Position numbers and translations under genes: made by a program
Source of the DNA: a virus
Virus record (IMG/VR): IMGVR_UViG_3300001102_000006
Direction: 5' to 3' (one strand)
DNA length: 64,000 nt
Part shown: piece after piece, positions 56,299 to 64,000 of the stretch
Numbering within the stretch: position 1 is the stretch's first letter
Layout of the letters: each line of letters opens with the position of its first letter
Notes under the pieces: model-generated
The model's database searches: none
What the model was told of the DNA's origin: nothing
The model's input: the letters and a program-made list of their open reading frames with translations, nothing else

Positions 56299-58461
56299 TT
56301 ATGCTGCGGTTGCAGTGGCTTTGTGACGAATCGTTTCCGCCGCTACATCACAGGTGTAGATGTATTTGGCAAGTATGTCAACCAGTTTGTCCCGATTGCT
56401 GTAGCGGTAGTTGGTGCAGATCATTTCGATCAGAGGATAGCTTTCCTCCATCAGTTCTGCATGGAACTCCATTTCACCGACTTCCGGTACATCGCCTTCC
56501 AGCATTTCTTCATCGCCCATGGCGCGAACAAATTCCAGTAGGGTATTGGCTTGCGAAGTGTCTTCGTTCTTGACGGCGTTGAAGAATTCAACGGCAGAAA
56601 TGGCATCCGATTGTGCGTCAATCAGAGATGGGTCCAGATAATCCGACAGGCTCCGGAGAACCGAATTCTGGCGGATGGTGTTGATTGCTCGCGCACGCAG
56701 GGCGGCGTCAGCGCCGTCAGTCTCGTCATACGTCTCCTTCGCGAGGTCGTACAAGTCAACCCACTGTTCGCCCTCAAATCCCTTCCACAGAGTTTTGGGA
56801 ACGCCATAGATGCGCTGATCGGATTCAATCGCACCCATCTGACGCAGAATGCGAACCATTTGCTGTGGATGCGCCAGCTTGTACGGATACTGCGGCTGGT
56901 TACGTTCCAGTCGAATGAAAATGCCGCCTTCGTCCATTTCATCCGGCGTCAGTTCCACCTTCTCATCAAAGTCACGATAAGAGTGCTCATTCATCAGGCG
57001 CACCATGACAGGCGAACGGGTGCCGCCGCTGTAGCTTTCACGGGCGGGTTCTTCCAAATCAGACGCATACACGATCTCGATGCCGTCCAGAAGTCCATCG
57101 ACGCAAACGAAAGCGTCCGCTTCCTGCTTGCCAGAACCGTAATACTTGACCCAGATAACCTGACGCAGGCTGTTCTCGCGACTATAGTGGCGGATGCGTG
57201 CAGCAACGCGCTTGGCGCGTTCCTTGACAGGCAAGGACAGGTCTTCGATGATCATGATGGTCTTATCAGTAGGCTCGACATCGACCTTTTCCTGATACCG
57301 ATCAAACCGGAAGGTGCGCCGGTCCAGTGCTTTGCCGGACAATTCGCAAAAGTCCAAAGCACGATAACCGTTGGCAGCCCGCGACACGCGGATGTGCTTT
57401 TCAAGACGAACACCTTGCCATTGAGCGTTGCTCCGCACCAGTTTCAGGATGCACTCTGGCAGGTTCATTGCAGTATGCTGACGATATTTGACAACGGCAT
57501 CCCAGTAGGTCGCGCACTTCTCATAGTCCGCCAAAATTCCGTCAACAACCTCAGACACAATCGTGCGCACACGCTTTGTGATCGAGTCGGCGGTCGGTTC
57601 ATTACGACCGTAGGACAGGCTTTCACGAGACGGCGTGATCTCAAGGTCACCGATGGGAAATTCAATCACCACAGTCGATTGAAGAAAGGCTACCTCGTCA
57701 GAAGACAAGTGATCTAGCGCTTCAACATTGATGGGATAGAGTACACAGCCCATTTTGGCATAGGCTGTACCACCGTAGCCTTCGAGTGCGCCATTCAGGA
57801 GCTTCCAGCCATCACCTTCTGTGACAACCGGGAGATCGACCCAGCCTTCAAAATCGTCGCTGTTGACCACATTGGGCTTAACATCGAAACCGTAAGACAC
57901 ACGCTGGGCCGCACGGCGGAACGCGCGAACGTCGCCTGTGTCCACCGGGAAGGACACCTCGATACCCGGCTCTTGGTCGCTGGGCTGCTCTGCCATCATG
58001 TTCATGGATGGGATGCCACCATTCTCGATGATCGCAGTGTAATAACGGGCATTTGTGCCGTCATAAGAAACCACAGAGAACGTGTCCGTATAGGAGAAAG
58101 GAGACTTGGACCCGATACCGAACTTGCCCACACCATCGTTACTGTCTTCTTTGGTGGACTTGCCGAGATTGGTGTAGAGGTTCATGATAATGTCGTGGCT
58201 CATGCCGGGGCCGTAGTCACGAACACGGAACGTGGGGTCGAAGACGGATGGGAACGTAACGTCAAACGCACGGTCGGGCGTGCCAGCCTCGACGTGGGCG
58301 TCACGTGCGTTCGACCAAATCTCACGCGTAATGGACTGAGGCTTGTTCTCGTACAAGCCTGAAATGAGCATGTGGAAAATCTTGGCGTCTTCGGTGATCT
58401 GGAACGTGGCGCGCTCGCCTGCGTTGACGGTGACGTTGCGGTCTTGGGTTTGGGTCTTCAT
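56299..58461 (-). CDS. rIIA: rIIA-like protein (GHKL ATPase N-terminus)
   Basis: LISGLYENK, REIWSNARDAH, VRDYGPGMS, STK, GKFGIGSKSPF.YTD.F; directly upstream of rIIB. Confidence 0.9.
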   Translation of the reverse strand: MKTQTQDRNVTVNAGERATFQITEDAKIFHMLISGLYENKPQSITREIWSNARDAHVEAGTPDRAFDVTFPSVFDPTFRVRDYGPGMSHDIIMNLYTNLGKSTKEDSNDGVGKFGIGSKSPFSYTDTFSVVSYDGTNARYYTAIIENGGIPSMNMMAEQPSDQEPGIEVSFPVDTGDVRAFRRAAQRVSYGFDVKPNVVNSDDFEGWVDLPVVTEGDGWKLLNGALEGYGGTAYAKMGCVLYPINVEALDHLSSDEVAFLQSTVVIEFPIGDLEITPSRESLSYGRNEPTADSITKRVRTIVSEVVDGILADYEKCATYWDAVVKYRQHTAMNLPECILKLVRSNAQWQGVRLEKHIRVSRAANGYRALDFCELSGKALDRRTFRFDRYQEKVDVEPTDKTIMIIEDLSLPVKERAKRVAARIRHYSRENSLRQVIWVKYYGSGKQEADAFVCVDGLLDGIEIVYASDLEEPARESYSGGTRSPVMVRLMNEHSYRDFDEKVELTPDEMDEGGIFIRLERNQPQYPYKLAHPQQMVRILRQMGAIESDQRIYGVPKTLWKGFEGEQWVDLYDLAKETYDETDGADAALRARAINTIRQNSVLRSLSDYLDPSLIDAQSDAISAVEFFNAVKNEDTSQANTLLEFVRAMGDEEMLEGDVPEVGEMEFHAELMEESYPLIEMICTNYRYSNRDKLVDILAKYIYTCDVAAETIRHKATATAA

Positions 58462-58496
58462 GGGTTTGGGCCTCCTATGTGACTTTTCGTGTTGAA

Positions 58497-58595
58497 CCAT
58501 ACCTACCCACATATGAACTGATTCGCAAGGGTTTTCTGGTAATAATTTGTAGGTAAAAATTATCTTGACATTTCAGGGGAGTATGGGTATGAACG
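58497..58595. promoter_or_regulatory. Divergent promoters: - strand TTGCGA-N17-TAGGTA, + strand TTGACA-N17-TATGAA
   Basis: AT-rich strand-switch region; both fit CTTGmc-N15-GGGTA as at 2483 and 9260. Confidence 0.5.
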
Positions 58596-58760
58596 AGTGT
58601 ATCTGTCCAGAAGACGGTAGACGAGTTCCTTCCGACCGGCGTGTTCTAGTCATAGAACCGGGTGCCATCGTTCGCGAAGGTAACACAATAAAGAAAGATA
58701 CGTCTAAGATTCACATCTTTGACAAGAATTGCCCGGTGCATGGGTATACGGAGGTAACGG

Positions 58761-59162
58761 ATGGGTAAATCCCCCGTTGAGGATTTTTTCGCGCAGTACG
58801 AAGATTTGGCACTTGCAGTAATTGAGGACGAACGTCCCAACATTGAGATCGGCACAGAAATGTGTAACGCAGACATGGCGGAAGCCGTTTGCCAGATCAT
58901 GGATTGGGAATGTTTCGATCTATTCGATGAGTATGACTTCCAGATGGTGTACAAATCAGGTACGCCCCATATGGTCATGGCATTTTGCTACATCGCTTTT
59001 TTGCGTTGGGAATTATGGTTGTCCGCGTCGGTCCAGAAGATTGGAGATGCAGACTTCAATGAAAAAGCTTGCGCTTATGACGAACTTTGGTATCTTCGGC
59101 TTCGTGACCGCTACGCGGCACTGGTAAGCGGAAGGGAAACAAAGCACGGATGGCTACAGTAG
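58761..59162 (+). CDS. Hypothetical protein
   Basis: GGAGG RBS; 133 aa. Confidence 0.6.
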   Translation: MGKSPVEDFFAQYEDLALAVIEDERPNIEIGTEMCNADMAEAVCQIMDWECFDLFDEYDFQMVYKSGTPHMVMAFCYIAFLRWELWLSASVQKIGDADFNEKACAYDELWYLRLRDRYAALVSGRETKHGWLQ

Positions 59163-59389
59163 ACACCAAGAAAATTCATCAAAGCATGGAATCTGCTCGC
59201 GACACCGCGAACGGAACCATGGAGATGTGGATTCAGTTTGACACCGAAGAAGAAGTGCAGATTGCCAAGGACTGGATGAAAGGAAAACGCAAGGTCAAGA
59301 CCCTTGAACCCCTGACCAGAGAAGAATCTGACAAGAGAAAAGCCAAGAAACGCAAAGAGATAGCCCGTAAGATGGGTATTAAAGAATAA
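59150..59389 (+). CDS. Small basic hypothetical protein
   Basis: 79-aa ORF overlapping upstream gene. Confidence 0.55.
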   Translation: MATVDTKKIHQSMESARDTANGTMEMWIQFDTEEEVQIAKDWMKGKRKVKTLEPLTREESDKRKAKKRKEIARKMGIKE

Positions 59390-59455
59390 TTACAGTTGCG
59401 AATCGTCACATGATGGTCTACCTTCGCCATACCGAATCAACGTATGGAGGACATC

Positions 59456-60157
59456 ATGACCCAGCGAGGACCCGCCCGCACTTTCACCGAAGATCAGCTT
59501 GATCGACTTCTGCGTGACGTGACAAATGAGCAAGCGAACAAACGCAGCGGGGCACAAAACCCCGAAGTCATTCGCGCCGCATTCATGCTTTCCTTCTATG
59601 CCGGTCTGCGTGTGCAGGAAATTGCTGGCATGCAATGGAACCTGAATGTTTTTCAGGGTAACGATGAGTTCCGCGTAGCTCCCACTGTCGTGTATGACAT
59701 GCACGGCAACGCTGTCGTAGACAAGCACGGCGAAGAAGTCATGCAAGACATGGAAGTCTTGTTTGTCAATGAAGACATTGGCAAGTACGGCAAAGCCCGA
59801 AACATCCCGCTCCACCCAAAACTGAAAACAGCCCTTCTGGAACTCCGTGAGTTGCAGCTTGAAGGTTCGTGGGTCATTCCTGCGGGCAAGCAAGGTGCAG
59901 GCCAAGGTCTCCGTCACCGCGCTCACGCGCTCAAGATGCGTATGAACCGCCTGTATCAGGCGCTGGGCATCGACCGGGCAACGTCACACAGCGGGCGGCG
60001 CAGTTTCATCACGCGAGCGGCGCGCCGCGCTAACGCCTACGACGCCTCTCTTGTGGACGTGCGGGACTTGGCGGGACACGCGAGCATCAACACCACGCAA
60101 GCCTACGTCGATCCCAGCAAACAGCAGGGCGACCTTGTGAAAGGCGTGTGGAAATGA
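59456..60157 (+). CDS. Tyrosine recombinase (catalytic domain only)
   Basis: YAGLRVQEI (R), GKYGKAR (K), SHSGRR (HxxR), LAGH, TTQAY (Y); GGAGG RBS. Confidence 0.9.
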   Translation: MTQRGPARTFTEDQLDRLLRDVTNEQANKRSGAQNPEVIRAAFMLSFYAGLRVQEIAGMQWNLNVFQGNDEFRVAPTVVYDMHGNAVVDKHGEEVMQDMEVLFVNEDIGKYGKARNIPLHPKLKTALLELRELQLEGSWVIPAGKQGAGQGLRHRAHALKMRMNRLYQALGIDRATSHSGRRSFITRAARRANAYDASLVDVRDLAGHASINTTQAYVDPSKQQGDLVKGVWK

Positions 60158-60654
60158 GCACATTCGACATAGAGACACAGGTTTGCGTAGCAGATGATCA
60201 CGACTTTGAGTTGGGGTCTCAGTGGGTCGTTGGCATATTTACCAACGACGCTGACGCTGAAAACGCAGGCAACATTGAAGTTCGCACTGCCGCAAGGCAC
60301 TTTGATCTGTCCACCCAAATTCTTCGCGGGGTTGTCTGGTATCCCAACGTTACGTGGGTCGATCAAGGGGAAATTGACGGCGACGACCGGCGTTGGAAAG
60401 GAACAGCGACCGGCTTTGAAATTGACCTGCGCTATCAGTGGGGCGGGAAATGGAAAGGCCATTGGACGGTTATCGTAAATCACGGTGCCATTCAAACGGG
60501 TCACGGCGAGCACGGCTATTTGTTCGACAGCGTTGAAGAAGCTAAAGAAGCCGCCGAAACTGAAATCAAAAGACGCGTCAGTGAGAAGGTGAAGTCCGCG
60601 TTAGCGGTTCTGGATACCTACACGGATGTACCCATAGGAGGTTACAACGAATGA
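60154..60654 (+). CDS. Hypothetical protein
   Basis: ATGA coupling; F.S.EEAK.AAE motif. Confidence 0.6.
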   Translation: MSTFDIETQVCVADDHDFELGSQWVVGIFTNDADAENAGNIEVRTAARHFDLSTQILRGVVWYPNVTWVDQGEIDGDDRRWKGTATGFEIDLRYQWGGKWKGHWTVIVNHGAIQTGHGEHGYLFDSVEEAKEAAETEIKRRVSEKVKSALAVLDTYTDVPIGGYNE

Positions 60655-61289
60655 TTGACCCAAATTTGGTTACAAACTACAACCGTGACGACGACGATTT
60701 GCTGGAATTCTGGCTGTTTTGTCTGTTCGTTCGCGGCAAAAATGCGAATGTGCAGGCATTGAAGCTGGAACAATTTGTACGCCTGCTTCTCGGTGCGACA
60801 CAAAAGACAACGCTGACTCAGGCCATGAAGGCTGTCAACACAAACAGCGCCATTGCCGAAAATCTAGTGTCGGCATTGCTGTTGCGGGTTAAGGCAGGTC
60901 AATACGGTACGTTGGCCGCAGCTATACAGGAAACGGCCAATCGGATCGATTACAAGGCAGACTTTTTGCGATGCGCGTCAGCGTGTGACCTTGAAGCCAT
61001 TCACGGAGTTGGTCCGAAGACCGCCCGATACTTCATTCTGCACACCCGTCCAAAGGCGCGTGTAGCGGCACTGGACACGCACATCTTGCGTTATCTGGGT
61101 GACCGTACCGACATGACCGTACCAAGCTCCACACCGACTGGAAAACGGTATGCTGAACTTGAAGAAGCTTTTCTTCTCATGGCAGACTTTGAGGGGGTTG
61201 ACCCCGCCGCTATGGATTTGGCAATATGGCAGGCAAGCAGAGAAACGAATCACGCCGACTGGCGTAGATATTTGGAGGAACCCGCATGA
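60651..61289 (+). CDS. HhH-GPD superfamily DNA glycosylase-like protein
   Basis: LEAIHGVGPKTARYF (HhH with Lys), ALDTHILRYL (Asp), Y.ELE..F, DLAIW; resembles the Ogg/AGOG-type branch. Confidence 0.75.
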   Translation: MIDPNLVTNYNRDDDDLLEFWLFCLFVRGKNANVQALKLEQFVRLLLGATQKTTLTQAMKAVNTNSAIAENLVSALLLRVKAGQYGTLAAAIQETANRIDYKADFLRCASACDLEAIHGVGPKTARYFILHTRPKARVAALDTHILRYLGDRTDMTVPSSTPTGKRYAELEEAFLLMADFEGVDPAAMDLAIWQASRETNHADWRRYLEEPA

Positions 61290-61906
61290 CCGATCACGCA
61301 TACGACCGATTTCTGAGACCCAAGACAGGGCTTCTGCCCAAGTTCCTGCCAGAAGAACATCTTCTGACCATGGAAGACGTTCACACGGGTCCATACCATA
61401 TCTGGATTGGGATGAAGGGCACTGTGTTTGTTGACATCGACGGCACCGTTGCCGATCTTGAGCACCGCCGGAAGTACGTCGCGACGAAGCCGAAGAATTG
61501 GCCTGCGTTTGAGCGCGCCATTCCGCTGGATACACCAATTCAGCACGTCATTGATGCGGTGAACCTTCTCTATGATGCGGGCTGGACAGTCGTGATGATG
61601 TCGGGGAGAAGCGAGATCAGCAAGGACGCCACAGTCAAGTGGTTGGCGGATCACGGTGTGCAATATCATGACATTTTCATGCGCCGCCAGTGGGAATATG
61701 ACGCTGACGGGGAAATCAAGATCACCCGAAAAGGTAAGCCTCTGGGCGATTATCGTCGCGATGATATCGTCAAAGAAGAACTACTGGGAGTCGCCCGAGA
61801 GAAGGGCTACGATCCTGATGTGGTATTCGATGACCGAGATCAGGTTGTCGTGATGTGGCGGCGTCTGGGAATTCCGGTTGTTCAGGTTGCCGAAGGTGAC
61901 TTCTGA
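61286..61906 (+). CDS. HAD phosphatase, T4 PseT/PNK 3'-phosphatase-like
   Basis: DIDGTVA, SGR, T..WL, MR...DYR.D.IVKEE, FDDR.QVV.MWR..G....QVA.GDF. Confidence 0.9.
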   Translation: MTDHAYDRFLRPKTGLLPKFLPEEHLLTMEDVHTGPYHIWIGMKGTVFVDIDGTVADLEHRRKYVATKPKNWPAFERAIPLDTPIQHVIDAVNLLYDAGWTVVMMSGRSEISKDATVKWLADHGVQYHDIFMRRQWEYDADGEIKITRKGKPLGDYRRDDIVKEELLGVAREKGYDPDVVFDDRDQVVVMWRRLGIPVVQVAEGDF

Positions 61907-62517
61907 TGTGGTCATTGTCGCTGAAACACAAGCAAACCAATGAAACATTGAAGCAGGTCTTCTTCCATGACCAGCCCAGTGTTTTCATTCTGGCAGACTA
62001 TAACATTGGCACAGTCAGCGCATCGGCCCTTCTTACCGAAGGTTGGGCGCTGGCGGTCGATGGGGACTGGTATCTCGAAGAAATTGTTCCTATGGACAAT
62101 CGCCGGGAAGTCAGACAGAAACATGCTGACAAGTGGCTTGAATTCGCAAAAATCCTCGGCCAAATCACCTACAAGCCCGGATGGTATTTCCGCAATGGAA
62201 TCGAAGACGGGCGCATGTGGGTGCAGGTCGGCGTCACCGAAGAAGCTGAAATCTCCTTCGACCCGATTGCGGGCACACGCGTTCCTTGGCGTGGCGCAAA
62301 GCATTATCTGTCTCCGCACATGTGTCGCCAAGAGATCGTCAGTACAATTCTGCATGCAATCGAGCGGGCAGAAATGCACGAAGTACACGAATGGTTCCGA
62401 TATAAAGGCCGTTCGATCTACAACCCCCACCTTGATCCAGATGCCTTGGTGGAGGTCGCGAAGTTTGCGCGCAACTTCAATACGCGTGATAACGCCATGA
62501 CCATGAGTGATGGCTAA
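61906..62517 (+). CDS. Hypothetical protein
   Basis: 203 aa; E.HE..EWFRY.G..IYNPH motif. Confidence 0.6.
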   Translation: MWSLSLKHKQTNETLKQVFFHDQPSVFILADYNIGTVSASALLTEGWALAVDGDWYLEEIVPMDNRREVRQKHADKWLEFAKILGQITYKPGWYFRNGIEDGRMWVQVGVTEEAEISFDPIAGTRVPWRGAKHYLSPHMCRQEIVSTILHAIERAEMHEVHEWFRYKGRSIYNPHLDPDALVEVAKFARNFNTRDNAMTMSDG

Positions 62518-62547
62518 TACAACCTGATCGCAAAATGGAGGTTCAAC

Positions 62548-62850
62548 ATGTTTCGAACTAAAGCGGAACGAGAATACGACAAGGCAAAGACGGTTTTTCT
62601 GCTACGAGCAAGTGAGCCGGGATCACGCGTCATGGTGGACATCTCCGCATGTCAGGTAATGCGAGAAGGGCGATTGATTCACACGCCTTTACCAAAGATC
62701 GTCTTCGAATGCCTACACGAAGGGTACATTCAATCTACCGGAACCGGTGGGTTTGAGATCACATCGTCAGGACGCTTGGCGGGGCTTGCAGGACGGAAAC
62801 GGATGACACACCGATCACCCCACAAGCTTGACCAGAGAGCCGTCGCATAA
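62548..62850 (+). CDS. Hypothetical protein
   Basis: GGAGG RBS. Confidence 0.55.
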   Translation: MFRTKAEREYDKAKTVFLLRASEPGSRVMVDISACQVMREGRLIHTPLPKIVFECLHEGYIQSTGTGGFEITSSGRLAGLAGRKRMTHRSPHKLDQRAVA

Positions 62851-63000
62851 ACGTCGAAGCCACCAATAGCCGGGGACATGTACGTGTTCCCGGTAATAGC
62901 ATCCGCAGTCTTCGCATATGAAATCTCCGTAGGCTTCTTCCCACTCACCACTTTCAACACGAATTTTGTCCGGACGAGATGGGACCGGCAACTTAGACAT
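62815..63000 (-). CDS. Small Cys/His-rich hypothetical protein
   Basis: CEDCG..Y.EH...L.RLCDG.LVKL; overlaps upstream gene stop. Confidence 0.5.
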   Translation of the reverse strand: MSKLPVPSRPDKIRVESGEWEEAYGDFICEDCGCYYREHVHVPGYWWLRRLCDGSLVKLVG

Positions 63001-64000
63001 TGCCGACCACCTGATTCATTTTCTTCAAGCGCCACTCATATCCATTTCGAGTTGGCTCCGCGCTCTTTTCGAGCCGTACTTCATCACCATCTCCAAGCGG
63101 GTATACGCGGTTCTGATATTTGGTCAGGAACGCTTCAAACTGCTGGGCATTGTATTTCATGTCGCCGTCTGCGTTTGACGTTCTCTTGACGCTAAGCTGA
63201 ATATCTCTCGCGAAAGCAAAGTCTGCCAGACCCATTTTTTCTGGGCCTTTATCCGACTTCTCGACTGTCCGTGTTGCAATCCATGCCCCCGGTGTCAAGC
63301 TTGGATCATTCCACCATTCCTCAAGAAGAACCACGATGTCGTTTTCACGACCATCGGATGCCATGGCTTTCAGTTCTTGGCGGTTGCCCAAGAAGCCTTT
63401 GATGCCTGCGGACTTTAAGATGCCGCCCACAACGCCGGACCAGTTCTCAAAAGAATTGAGCGCTTCTTCTTTGTAAAGTGGCTTGCCTTCCGCAATCCAA
63501 TTCTGGATTATAGTAAGACATGCCCAAACAAGCTCGCCCCGATTGTCTTTAGCCCAGCTACGGATGTCATCGTGCTTCCATCCCGAACGCTTTTCAGGTT
63601 CGGATGATTGCGCATCCAGATCAATCAAAACACAGCGGCGAAGAATTTCACTCGAAAGCTGCACGTTGTTACCAGTCAGTGTCCAGATACAGCGGACTTC
63701 GGTGTCAACCAATTCAGACTTACCCAGAATCCGCGCTTTATATTCGGGGGACGTGATGGCTGACGCCAATTCACCACTATCGACACCATGGTTGATGTTG
63801 TCAAAGAAGATCATGTTAGTGCCAGATGCCAGAAGCGCCGTGATGGTCTTACCCATTTCCTCGGAATTCGATGGCATTGCGCTGGCAGGCGTAACGCCGC
63901 CGGTTGCAATGATCGAAATAACGTCAGTCAAAAGAGACGCACCTGTGCCCGGTGCGGGTTTACCCAGAAGGTGTCCCGGTGTCGGGCCTTCAACCAATTC
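62993..64000 (-). CDS. Primase/helicase-like P-loop protein, C-terminal part (truncated by window edge)
   Basis: PGTGASLL, EE..K.IT..L, FFDN, RILG.S, TGNN, RRC..I.LD...PE.R, SFE.W...V.GIL. Confidence 0.65.
   Translation of the reverse strand, partial: ELVEGPTPGHLLGKPAPGTGASLLTDVISIIATGGVTPASAMPSNSEEMGKTITALLASGTNMIFFDNINHGVDSGELASAITSPEYKARILGKSELVDTEVRCIWTLTGNNVQLSSEILRRCVLIDLDAQSSEPEKRSGWKHDDIRSWAKDNRGELVWACLTIIQNWIAEGKPLYKEEALNSFENWSGVVGGILKSAGIKGFLGNRQELKAMASDGRENDIVVLLEEWWNDPSLTPGAWIATRTVEKSDKGPEKMGLADFAFARDIQLSVKRTSNADGDMKYNAQQFEAFLTKYQNRVYPLGDGDEVRLEKSAEPTRNGYEWRLKKMNQVVGNV

Noticed and set aside
55533-57717. Long + strand ORFs opposite rIIA/rIIB
   Set aside because: Antisense shadows of clear genes.

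Overview
This window is part of a tailed dsDNA bacteriophage genome (long non-contractile tail). The host is probably an alphaproteobacterium, inferred from the GTA-like DUF2460/DUF2163/NlpC-P60/megatron/DUF2793 tail-tip genes; the gene content resembles CbK-like and roseophage siphoviruses. The + strand from 0.4 to 33.8 kb carries the late module: portal, scaffold, capsid, PhoH, neck, tail tube, frameshifted tail chaperone, a 2424-aa tape measure protein, baseplate, fibre, endolysin, holin and spanins. The - strand from 33.8 to 58.5 kb carries nucleotide metabolism and replication genes (dUTPase, glutaredoxin, EndoVII, NrdJ, ThyX, dNMP kinase, RecD-like helicase, SSB-like protein, MazG, Cas4-like and DEDDh nucleases, T7-like Pol A, HD hydrolase, SNF2 helicase, RNA ligase, rIIA/B). 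A + strand block from 58.6 to 62.9 kb holds a tyrosine recombinase, an HhH-GPD glycosylase and a PNK-type phosphatase, and a partial primase/helicase-like gene runs off the right edge. Three observations stand out. (1) A PvuII-family restriction endonuclease gene sits beside the DNA polymerase with no methyltransferase in the window, and a manual read found no CAGCTG site. (2) A second, split megatron lacking the TIM-barrel domain is encoded in two genes that flank the full-length megatron, alongside tandem Dit paralogues. (3) Hairpins with a C-GG(U/G)-G loop recur in the leaders of the major structural genes. Family assignments come from motif recognition by eye and no database searches were run. 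No terminase, tRNA or CRISPR array was seen.
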